Shown one piece after another: positions 9,001 to 19,500 of a stretch of DNA of 61,118 bases; within the stretch, counting starts at the first letter, position 1, and each line of letters opens with the position of its first letter. The DNA comes from a virus. Taxonomy: Duplodnaviria > Caudoviricetes. The notes under the pieces are model-generated. The model was not told the DNA's origin and searched no databases. It was given only the letters and a program-made list of their open reading frames with translations. Location of the stretch: the IMG/VR virus record IMGVR_UViG_3300045141_000235, positions 1-61,118 of that record. One strand, given 5' to 3'. A program made the position numbers and the translations under genes.

Positions 9001-10233
9001 GTGACTAGTATGGGACAGTGGGTATATGGGGATGATCCGGGCTACCCTCCTTATTGGCGGGCCGACGACGCTTATGACCTGCCGCCTAGCGGACCGGCTG
9101 GCTCTGCCGCAGCAGAAGATGCCAAGAAAGCGCAAGACCAATATATCGCCTCTCAGACAGGACGCGGGTTTATCAATGGGCATTGGTATACGCCGTCCCT
9201 GTCAGTTGATCCTGTTACTCAGAAAATAATCCCTGTTACTGCCAATACCCCCGGCGCGCACCAGATTTTCTATTCTTCTGACCCTAATCAGACCGGTCTG
9301 AGGGATGCTTCGTATTGGGTAGCGCCTGAGCCACCGGAAGAAACCGCCCGAATAAACGCCGGCAATCACGCAAGCGGGGTGTTCGGAGTCCTGGAAAAGT
9401 TAGGCCCAGGCATCATAGCCTTGCCATTACTGCCAGCAGCGATAGCTGCGGGTGCGGGAGCGCTCGCAGGAGGCACCGCGGCCGGCGCTGCCGGTGCGGG
9501 TGAGGTTGCCGGCATGGCAGCTCTTGGCGAAGGTGTTACCGGCGCCGCAACCGGCATGGCTGCTCTTGGCGAGGGCGTTACCGGGGCTGCATCCGGGATG
9601 GCGGGACTTGGCGAGTTAGGTGCTGCCGCCGGTGCTGGTGCGGGAGCATTAGGTGCCACGGAAATTGGTGCTGGTGCCTTCCCAATAACCGAAGGCGGGA
9701 TGTCAACGATCCAGACCGCATTCAATCCTGCCACCGGAGCGTTCGAGGCGGTTGGCGGTCCAATGTCAACGACCGGGGCGTTGCAGTCATCTGTGGCGGG
9801 TGGTGGGTTCGCTGGCGGTGCTGTGGGTGGCGCTCTGGGGAGCGGGCTTACACAGCTACCAGCACCGGTTCAGGAAGGCCCAACGACCGTTGGCTCAGGA
9901 CCGCTCGGCAGTCAGCCTGGCACATCGACCCCATTTCTGGATTTGGTGAAGAAGGGTCTGATCAACAATGTTATCAGCCGGGGTGTCGGCACTGTTGTCA
10001 ATGGCCTGATTGGCCCGCCGAGTTCATCCGGCGTTGCGCCGCGGGCAACGCCGAGCGCGAATACGAACGTTGACTTTTCTGGCAAGATTGGTTTCGACCC
10101 CTCTGGTCAGCACTTGCAACTCCTGCATACGGACGGAACACCGGTTTTCAGCACGGATCAATTCGGCAAGCAGATCATCGCGGACGTGGGCTATCGCCCG
10201 CCGGGATTGATTAACGCAGCTTCGCAAACTTAG
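9001..10233 (+). CDS. Putative ejection protein, Gly/Ala-rich with a hydrophobic segment
   Basis: 410-aa ORF of low complexity within the ejection cluster. Confidence 0.55.
   Translation: MTSMGQWVYGDDPGYPPYWRADDAYDLPPSGPAGSAAAEDAKKAQDQYIASQTGRGFINGHWYTPSLSVDPVTQKIIPVTANTPGAHQIFYSSDPNQTGLRDASYWVAPEPPEETARINAGNHASGVFGVLEKLGPGIIALPLLPAAIAAGAGALAGGTAAGAAGAGEVAGMAALGEGVTGAATGMAALGEGVTGAASGMAGLGELGAAAGAGAGALGATEIGAGAFPITEGGMSTIQTAFNPATGAFEAVGGPMSTTGALQSSVAGGGFAGGAVGGALGSGLTQLPAPVQEGPTTVGSGPLGSQPGTSTPFLDLVKKGLINNVISRGVGTVVNGLIGPPSSSGVAPRATPSANTNVDFSGKIGFDPSGQHLQLLHTDGTPVFSTDQFGKQIIADVGYRPPGLINAASQT
9509..9616 (+). repeat. 42-bp coding tandem repeat (about 2.5 copies; GMAALGEGVTGAA)
   Basis: ccggcatggc(a/t)gctcttggcga.gg.gttaccgg repeated. 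Confidence 0.8.
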
Positions 10234-10242
10234 GAGTTTCAC

Positions 10243-10806
10243 ATGGGCGACGATTTCTTCGGTGACTTTTTCGACTTCACGAACGTAAACGAGCCGGATA
10301 TCAGCGCGCCGGCGAGTGCGCCCGTTAGCGCGCCGCCGGCGCCGCTGTCGGGAGTTGGAGATGCGGGCAGTCTTATCTCATCCGGGTTCGATGCGTTGAC
10401 TACAGGCCAGGTGTCATCGCCATTTACCACAAACCCCTCGTTTTCAGGTTTGGGCGGGTTCTACAACGCGCCAGAGGATACTTCGAGCAGCATGAAGGGA
10501 TTGTCCGATTGGGTGAAGGGAAACCAAACGGTAGCCGCGGCTCTGGTGACCGGCATCATGTCAGCTTTGGGAGGGATGGGTAAGGCTGGCCTGGATCGAC
10601 AAACCTTGGAGCGAAAAGCGCAGCTTGACCAGGAAGCGCTGAATGCCATCGTTACGCGCAAGTCGGCAGGCACTTACAGAGGTTCGCTTGGCATGGGACC
10701 ATCGGGCAATCAGGTTCTCATGCGGCCAAGCGGCGGGCCGGTCTACGATCCGGGCACCGGGCAGATCATTCGGCCGGGATTGATTAACCAAGCGCAGAGG
10801 GCCTGA
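10243..10806 (+). CDS. Putative ejection protein
   Basis: RBS (taggag), one hydrophobic helix, C-terminal PGLINQA. Confidence 0.55.
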   Translation: MGDDFFGDFFDFTNVNEPDISAPASAPVSAPPAPLSGVGDAGSLISSGFDALTTGQVSSPFTTNPSFSGLGGFYNAPEDTSSSMKGLSDWVKGNQTVAAALVTGIMSALGGMGKAGLDRQTLERKAQLDQEALNAIVTRKSAGTYRGSLGMGPSGNQVLMRPSGGPVYDPGTGQIIRPGLINQAQRA

Positions 10807-10808
10807 CC

Positions 10809-11336
10809 ATGGCTATTTACCATCAACCCGCACCGACACCGCAAATGGCGCCCGCGGCAGCACCAGCAGGACCGCAACCCGCTCCTGCAGTGGCTACTAC
10901 ACAGGCCGGCGGCGCGCGTCCGGTGCCACAGACGCAACCCGCTGCACGTCGGGCCCCTGCAACGCAGGACGCCTATTCTCGCGTAATGGCCGCGGCTGCC
11001 AAGGCGATCTACACGCCAGAGATCACGCAGGGGCTCCTCCAAATGATCAAAGCCGCGCGAAATCCAGTGGACGGACTCCTGCAGGCAACCGCCCTCATAA
11101 TGCGTCGGTTGGATGAAATATCGAAAAATACCATGCCATCCGAGGTCAAAGCGCCAGCCGCAAAGGAAGTCATGGCGTTGATTGCCGAACTTGCCCAAGC
11201 GCGCGGGGTTATCACCGATGCCGGGGCGGTGTTGGATCAGGCAACTCAGGAGATAGACCGCAAGACGGCGGGGATGCCGCAGGGAAACTTCAAACAGTTT
11301 TTGGTAGGCGCTGGCGCAGGAGAGACGCAGAGTTGA
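10809..11336 (+). CDS. Hypothetical virion-associated protein
   Basis: Tightly coupled ORF with a Pro/Ala-rich N-terminus and helical C-terminus. Confidence 0.55.
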   Translation: MAIYHQPAPTPQMAPAAAPAGPQPAPAVATTQAGGARPVPQTQPAARRAPATQDAYSRVMAAAAKAIYTPEITQGLLQMIKAARNPVDGLLQATALIMRRLDEISKNTMPSEVKAPAAKEVMALIAELAQARGVITDAGAVLDQATQEIDRKTAGMPQGNFKQFLVGAGAGETQS

Positions 11337-11644
11337 ATTACGAAAATGGTTGCGGGGATTGTGGGGGCATTTCTTTCAAATCAACGCTTGAAGGCTATCG
11401 CCGCAATGGATGGTGGGGCGCAATCTACGCATCCCTTGGGATTTACTATTACTTCCCACAAAATTCAGTGCGCCATCCCGGTATCGAATTGCTCGCCATA
11501 TTCTACGAACGCCGATGCAATCGGTTAAGCGAAGAGGCCCTGAAGATCGGCTATGAGTCCAGACGCGAAGCGGCGTCCAAAAGAAACGCTGAACGCTTGG
11601 CGCAGTCGCGCGCCATGAGGGGAAGTATTGGCAAGTCGGCTTGA
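11333..11644 (+). CDS. Hypothetical protein (accessory insert)
   Basis: Overlaps the upstream stop; the region looks more AT-rich than its flanks. Confidence 0.4.
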   Translation: MNYENGCGDCGGISFKSTLEGYRRNGWWGAIYASLGIYYYFPQNSVRHPGIELLAIFYERRCNRLSEEALKIGYESRREAASKRNAERLAQSRAMRGSIGKSA

Positions 11645-12023
11645 ATCATTTTTGCTACACGCGAATGAGGAGGTTGAAATCTTCTCAATTGTGGACAAGG
11701 CCACCGGGACAAATATCCACACATTTACCCTGGGACGGAATTATCACTGGTGGATAGTCGCCATCCTTGTGGCGATCAAATTTTTCGTTAAGCATTTTTA
11801 CTAAAAATGAAAAAAATAGAGTTAGATTCTGATTCTGAAGTTAGCCTGAACAGGCCAGAACCGACCCAAAAGCGCTGCTACGATTGGCCGCTGCAGAACG
11901 GGGAAAAAGATGTGCGGGGAGATCACGAGATCATTTTACGCGATCTGAAGTAGCGGAGTTTTTGTTGAGACATACAGAATTCACACCAATTAAGCACACC
12001 ATTGTAGCCTTAAAGGAACACAC

Positions 12024-12351
12024 GATGGGATTCCGAACCAAGAGGAATTTTTTGCGCACGCTTGGCCTTGGCGCAATAGCAAGCAAGCTCGGCTTCTTCT
12101 CATTTGCCAACGCCGAGGATGTCATGCCGCCGATCAAATACTTATGCCTCCCTTGCCCTGACGATCCACGCATGCCGCAGGTGGGTTATTACGGTGGACG
12201 AATTTATATCAACGGCCAAGAGTACGCGACCCTGTACTCAGCCCCGGCTCAAGATTACCAACGCTTGGGCAGAGAACAGACCGAACTGCGCTTGCGAGAA
12301 TTGGTGAAAGAACGCCTGACATTCATTTGGGAAAACGTGCGGAGAATTTGA
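12024..12351 (+). CDS. Hypothetical protein with a Tat-like signal (KRNFL)
   Basis: RBS aaggaa before MGFRTKRNFLRTLGLGAIA..ANA; start coordinate approximate. Confidence 0.4.
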
Positions 12352-13562
12352 TGGGACCACTACTATTCGGCGCAATGCAAGGTCTAGGCGAAGGCGGCGC
12401 TGCCGCTGCCGCTCAGTACGGACGCGAGGCCGCGGCTTCCAACATCGAAAAAATGAAGGAAGAAGCCGCCACCGCTCGTGAGACTGCGCTGGTGGAAGCG
12501 CGCCGGGTTGCGCAGATAAGTGTTGTGCGCGAGACCGCCGCAACCGAGATGGCTAACCTGCCGAAGAAGGTGGAGATTGAAACTGAGGGCAGGATAAGAC
12601 AGCGCGCCGCTCAACCCGAGATCGTTCCTGGTGGGTCAACACTCAAAGTGCCAGGACAAACCGACTTCACGGCACCCAAGGTTACAGATCCGAAAACGCC
12701 TGAAGAACTTGGCGAGTTTGTTTCACGCGGTCATCTGTTAGAAGCGCAGGCAGATTACTTTAGAGGAGCAAAAGCCAACGAAGCGCAGGCCCGCGCCGAT
12801 CAACTTGCTCAAGGTAAGGCAGGCAAACCAATTGGCCCCAACATCAGGCCGATCAAGGACGAAGAAGGCAATGAGTACCTGTTCGACACGAATTCAGGTG
12901 CAGTCGGAAAGGTAGTCAAAGGCCAGGCCGAAAAGCCAGAGAGCGGAATGCTGTGGTGGAAGAAGCCAGGAGTGCCAGCTTCCTTGCAACACACTGTATG
13001 GGCAACTGCGGACGGCCAGCCTTTGCCCGCAGGACCCTTCTCGCTTTACAGCCAACTTCCGGTCAATAAAGCTGGCGCGCCGCAGATCAATCAATCGAAT
13101 GGCGAGGTGGTCTTCAACGGCGAAGTCATCGGGCACGTCAATCCTAACTCACCCACGGCGGATCAGGAAGCCGCAGCCATGCTCACAAACGCAGCCAAAG
13201 AACCGGCCCAGGTGGATTTTTCAAAATTCGGCGTGGGAAAACCCAAACCGGCAGAACAGCCAAAGGACGCAAAACGTCCTCTTATCCACCAGGCTGAAAT
13301 GGGTCCGCCAGCACCGCCAGTTACCCTCGAAGATGCCCGTCGCCTTGCGACCGAACGGGGCGATCTGGCAGAAGAAACCGCACGCACCGAGATGCTTGCG
13401 CGTGGCCGGCGCAGAATAGAGGCCGACACCAGCGAGCTTATGGCGGGAAATCTTGATGTCGTATCCCAGCAGAATTTCAGGCGCCTGCAAAACATATTCA
13501 ATTCACCGGCGGCAACTCCCGCTGAACGCCTCAAAGCAGGCACGCTTCTACGTAAATACTGA
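12351..13562 (+). CDS. Putative ejection protein
   Basis: MGPLLFGAMQGLGEGG N-terminus; coupled to the giant gene. Confidence 0.6.
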   Translation: MGPLLFGAMQGLGEGGAAAAAQYGREAAASNIEKMKEEAATARETALVEARRVAQISVVRETAATEMANLPKKVEIETEGRIRQRAAQPEIVPGGSTLKVPGQTDFTAPKVTDPKTPEELGEFVSRGHLLEAQADYFRGAKANEAQARADQLAQGKAGKPIGPNIRPIKDEEGNEYLFDTNSGAVGKVVKGQAEKPESGMLWWKKPGVPASLQHTVWATADGQPLPAGPFSLYSQLPVNKAGAPQINQSNGEVVFNGEVIGHVNPNSPTADQEAAAMLTNAAKEPAQVDFSKFGVGKPKPAEQPKDAKRPLIHQAEMGPPAPPVTLEDARRLATERGDLAEETARTEMLARGRRRIEADTSELMAGNLDVVSQQNFRRLQNIFNSPAATPAERLKAGTLLRKY

Positions 13563-16500
13563 TGGACGGCCCCGAAAACATCCCTCAATGGCCGGACATT
13601 AAATCATCCAGTGTATTCAACGCGCTCGACGACGCCGAAAAAGAGCGCACACGCGCTGCTTACTTCCGGCAAATCATCGAACCCACTCTGGAGCCGGGCC
13701 AGGTCGCGAGTGCCAGGAGTCAATGGGATGAATTAACGGGTCCGGTTGGGCCGACATCCATTACCGATTATGGCGCGTCCGCGCTCTCGGGCGCAGCCTC
13801 CGGGCTCGGCATGATCTTTCAAGGCGGCGGTGAACTGCTCGCACGAGGGGTCAATGCGGTTGCTGGAACGAGTTTACGGGCGATCAATCCTTTGCAGGGT
13901 GCCATTGACTACCTGCAGGAATCTCAAACGCCTGGGGCCAAACGCGCCCAAGCCCAATCCCAAATCAGCGGCAGTTTGTTCGATCCTTCGACCTACGATT
14001 TTGGCACCAATCCGAACGCCAGCGGCCTTGCACTGCAAGGGTTGAATGCGATTGGGCAGTTTGCGCCAAATCTCGCTATTGCCATCGCCACATCGGGCGC
14101 GAGTATTCCAGCCCAACTCGGCATCGGCGCAACCGTGGGCGGCCTGCAAGCATTGGGGGGTGGCGCCGAAGAAGAACGCACGAAGTTCATGGCGATGGGC
14201 GACGATGAGCTTGCGGCATCAAGCCAACTTTACCGGGATCTCGTCGCAAACGGCACGAAGCCCGAAGTCGCCAAGCGCGCCGTGGCAGAAGCCGCAGCTT
14301 TGGGCGGCGGCATCGGCAATGCAATTCCATCTGCTGCGGAAGGTGCTTTTGAAAATTTCCTGATTGGCGCGATCACCAGAGGGAGATTCCGGTTTCCTTC
14401 GGTATTCGGCGCCGGCGCCGGGGTCGCTGGCAAAGTCGCAACCGGGCTTGTCGGTGGTGCGATGCTGGGAGGCTCTGAAGAGGCGGTCGAGCAGATCGGG
14501 CAAAACCTCGGGGTCAATGCTGCGATCGGCGGCAACCGGCAATTAACCGCGGATACTCTGCAGCAGTTTGTCATGGGCGCTATTGCCGAGGGAGCTGCTG
14601 GCGGTGGCGGGGCTTACGTTGCTAGGAATATCGCACAGGAGCGGCAAGCACCCGCAATTCCGGGTGCATCCAGCTCCTTTGGCGGTGTGCCCCCAGGCCC
14701 ATCACCGGCTGACCAATTCTCCAGACAAGCAGAAGCGACGGCGACCGCAATTCAAAGCCAGCCGACCGTTGAGGCCGCAGCGGGCGCGGCACAGGACACC
14801 ATCGGCGGAGTTCCGCTGGATGTCCTGATCGCCCGCGCCGAGAAAAGCCTTGGCGTAATAGGACAGACAACTGCCCGCATAGGGCTTATCAACGCCGCGT
14901 CGAAATCCGAAGGGGTAGGACCAATCGGCACCGCTCTTCGAGACACGTTGGGCCCGCCGCAGCCTGAAACAGGCATTACGACGCCATTGCCGGTTCGCCT
15001 GTTCGGGCAGCCGATCGAGGAAGTGGGAGACGCCGAACTTGACCAGGCCATACAGAATCACCCCATGTCGGCATTCAGGGTCGCCGCGGAGCAGGAAAAA
15101 GCGCGGCGCGCCGCCAATGTTGATCGTGGAACATCGACAGGAGACAGCAATGCCCCAGGTATCATTGGACCAACTGCGCAGAATATCCCGCAAGCTCAAC
15201 CAGAACAGGGTGGAGCCGGTCAACGGGATGTTGCCGTGGGTATTCCCGCTGCCGCCGGCGTTACAGGAGGAACTGCTGGCCCTACCACCGCCATCCAGCC
15301 CGCAGCGCCGCAGGACGCCCCCATACCGCAAGCCGTAGCCCCTGTCACAACCCTTCTTGGCTATCCGATTGCGGAGTTCACTACACCGCAACTTCAGAAT
15401 ATTCTCCCATTGCTCAAGCCAGAAGCGCGGCCTGGCTTAATGGCTGAGATTGCCCGGCGCGCACCGCCGCCCGCTCCTCCTGTTAAGCCTGCAACCGCCG
15501 TTGCACCGCCGCCCACCACAGAAGGAACCAGAATTTACCTAGCCGTGCCATTCACTTCTCGGAATTTTGCAAAAACGCACGGAGCAAAGTGGGATAGTGA
15601 AGAGAAACTGTGGTTTGACGAAAAACGCAAGGATGGTCAAATCAATATTAGCTTGCGCCATTTCATACCGCAGAGGGACGCAGTAGTAAGAGACAAAAAC
15701 TACGCCCGCGCTGCCGCACTCAACGCTACTACGGAAACAGGGCGCGAACATCATGCTATTCCGCATCCTGACCCGATGCTTGCTGGCGGGTATACAGTGG
15801 TTGAAAAGGGAGCGCCAGCACGTACCGCAGCACCGCCGCCCCCTCCCGCCCCCAAACCCCTCACCGGCACCGTCCTGCAAAACCGCGACCGCTCATCCGC
15901 TGCCTCGCGTGCCTGGATAAAAAGCGCGTCGGCCAATTTGAGTTACTTGGGCACAGGACCCTCGACGAATTTTCAAAGCGGAGCGTTTGTCGGATTTGAG
16001 GATCAGCCCACGATTCCTGCGAATCGGTTTGGTAGAGAAGGGCGAATCCTGGCAGCGGGCGGTCGCATCATTCCGTTTCGCTACGCAGTGGTAGATATAC
16101 GAGATACGTTAAGGAGCCACGCAGCCGATGGCACCCCAAACGAAGGATACGAAACTGGTGTTCCCGGAAAGGTGCGGATTGTCGCGGGAAATGGTCGCGG
16201 AGAGGCAATTGCAGAAGCATTTAGAACCGGGCGCGCAGCTCGGTATGTAGAAGATTTTCGCGCCGACGCAGAAGGGCATGGCATAGCGCCATCCGAAATC
16301 GATGCGGTGGAACAGCCAGCGCTGATCCGTGTCATTGCTGCTTCCGAAATAACACCGGACATTGGCGATCTGTCCAACATCTCGCAGGCCGCCGACCTAT
16401 CGCCGGCGGAGAAGGCCACCAACGACGCGCGCCGCCTGGATATGTCCGGGCTCGAGTTCAGCGAAGACGGTCAAATTACCCGAAACGCAGTGAAGCAGTT

Positions 16501-19500
16501 CGTCGCCGCTCTCCCGGACACCGAGCGCTCCGGGTTAATCGACCATGCGGGCGAACCCACGCGCCAGGCGTACGACAGGCTCACCAACGCCGTATTCCTG
16601 CAGGCGTATGGGGATGCAGAACTCGTATCGCTCCAATCCCAGGCAACAGACCCCGAAGCGCGCACCGTGATGACGGCGTTGACGCGCGCAGCGCCCGTAA
16701 TGATGAAGCTCGAAGGGGCAGAAAGCCTGGACATTCGCTCGGTTGTGATCGAAGCGGCAAAGGCTGCGGTGAACGCAAAACGCCAGGGGGCATCCCTTGT
16801 TCGCTTCGCGCAGCAGGTAGATTTGACCATGCACCCCGAATCCTCCTTAGTGCTCAAATTTTTTGCTGATAACATCCGGTCTGCTGCTCGAATTGCGGAC
16901 GGCCTCACGCGGGCGGCCACCACCGCAGTTGAAGAAGCTGCCAAACCGGCAACGGATATGTTCGGCGCTGTGCCGCGCGCTTCCCGTGCTGACATTCTGA
17001 GGAGATTAAGTGAAACCGATATCCAGGAAAATCTGGGGGAGCGAGCCGGGGTTAAAACTCCTGGGCAAGATGTTGAACGGGGAGGTACTGGACAGCCAGG
17101 ACCAGCAGACAATCGCCCGGCTGAAGAAGGTGGACCCGCCGAGACCGGACTTCGGCAGCCAACCCCAGAATACGAAGCCGCAGGAGTAGCGCCGCCAGGA
17201 GCCGCTGAAGCAATAAGCAGGCACGGGCTACCAGAGAATACTGCATGGGATCGAGGACGCGGCCCGATAAGCGATAAATGGGCGGCGTCGGCTAGTGGAG
17301 TCCAGAGCAATTACCATGCGACTGCTGATGCGGCCGCAAAAGAACTGCGTGAATTCCTTGATGCCGCAGGGCACGCTCGCGCTGCTGACGAAGCAGTAAA
17401 CCGGGCGCAGAATAGTGCGGCCGATAAATTAAGGCGAGGGGAAAATCCGACATTCCCTGAGTGGAAAGCCGCTTTCCCGCAATTGAGGCAAGGCCATACC
17501 TACCTGCGTCAGCCGGATATTGCACCATTTCTCATCGAACACTTTGGTTTTCGTCGCAATGATATTCGCTCGAATCTGGGCGAAGCCGCGGGCACTCTCA
17601 CATCCGATACTGGCGCGCAGTATCCAATTGTCTATTTCAACAAACTCGAAAGGGTATTAAGCCAAGCGCCGCCAGCATTTGATCTTGCTGGACAGACCCC
17701 AGAAGAACTGCGCGCCGCTGCGCGGGCCCGCCGCGCGGAAGCAGCAACCAAATCAGCCGCCGAGCGCGCCGCCGCAGAGGCCGCGGCATCAGCACTCGAA
17801 CGCGAAGCCATTCGCCAAGCCGCAGCAAAAGACGGGCCACTCGAACTCACACCGACTTCGGCGGTAGATAAAGCAACGCAGAAGGCACTCGACGAGAAAG
17901 ACGCGCTCGATCAATTGTCGGGGCAGGGGGGGCTATTCCAGACCAGGGCACGCTACGAAGTCGTCCCCCGGCTATCCGTCCTGCACAATCTCAACGCCGA
18001 GAACCTGAAATTCGCTGACCGCCTGGGCGGCCTTCCAGTGCCCTCGCTCGGTATCGTTCGAGAAGGCATGGGCATCTCAGGCATGGGAGACATTACCCTG
18101 ATCGGCCGGCGGGAGCTTGCAGACCCCGCAGCACAACCGGTTCACGATGCCGATACCTATTCGCCCACCTTTCCGCGTCCAGAGTACGACAAGGCGCGCT
18201 ACGCCACGGCAGAGCGGCTATTCAACGAACTCAAACCCTTTGGCGACAAGTTTGATGACGGCAATTCGCAACATGTCACGGTCGACAACTCGGTCACAAA
18301 CCCAGACCCGCAGAAGATCATCGCGACTTGGGTATCAGGGCCAGCGCCGCAGGCGATGTTCCTGTCAGGAAAGGGTGTCGATGTCGAGCCGGTGATGATG
18401 GACAAAAGTGTTACGTTCAATTGGGTCAGATTTGGGAACGTCGAGCGCATGCGGGCGCTCTTGAAAGAAATAACCGGTGATCCGACGCCTGCCAACGATG
18501 TAGCGCACCGCGCGACAGTAGACTTGATTGAGGAAATGCGCGCGGCCATTCGTAGAGACCCTGACTACCAGCGTTACCGTAAGTTGGCTGGTGCTGCGCA
18601 AGCGATGGCGGGCAAAGCGCACATATTCGGTGCCTCCGGTCAATGGATCAATGCCGCTGATGCAGCCGATAAAATGCCCGGCGCTATTCTCTACAGGCTT
18701 CAGGACAGCATCGACGGTCTAGGTAAACAGGAAGTCGATCGCAGCGCAACCCGCGAGCGCCTGGCAGAAGCACTCAAAGGCCAGGAGGCCGAATTCAAGA
18801 CCTGGGTGGACGACAAGGTGATGGCGATGTTCGGGCGCCCATTCCTGCGGCTGCGCGGAAGGAAAGAACCCTACAACCTTGCAAACATCGTGGAAGCCAT
18901 GAGCGGGCGCGTGCGCGCAACCGAGGAGACCATGACATTCGGGCCGGGCAAGGCGCGAGCCGCGGCGGCCAGTCGGTTCCAGGACATCGAGCAGATGCGG
19001 CGGGCGGCAAGCCAAATAGGCGACGAGAGTGAGATCAAGGCCGCCCGCGATCATGCCGCGAAATTACTGGAAGATTGGCGTAACAGCGTAATTGACTATT
19101 ACGGCGACCCCGTAGAAGGCCGCAATGCGTTCGGGCGCACTTGGGATGCCTTGGATGCGTCGATGAAGGCGCTCGCGCGATGGGCGCGCGGTGCCAAGAC
19201 CGAAGCGAATATGAAGCGCGCGTTGGCGACGGAGGGTTTTCGCACGGGCGAGATGTCCGATTATCACTTCGAGGATGGCGTTGCCGCCGGTCAAGCCTGG
19301 ATGAAGGCGCCGGTGCCGTATTTTGAAGCAAAGCCGCAGCGGGCGGTCGCGTTGAATGAGTTTGCGGGCGCTGTGATCCCAGAGAAAACAGACGCGGCGA
19401 CGCGCACGATTCTGGACAAGCACGGCATCCCGTATCGCACCTATGCCGAAGGCCAGCAACAGAGAGCCACTGATGAATTCAGGGCGGAGCTGGCGGGGCG

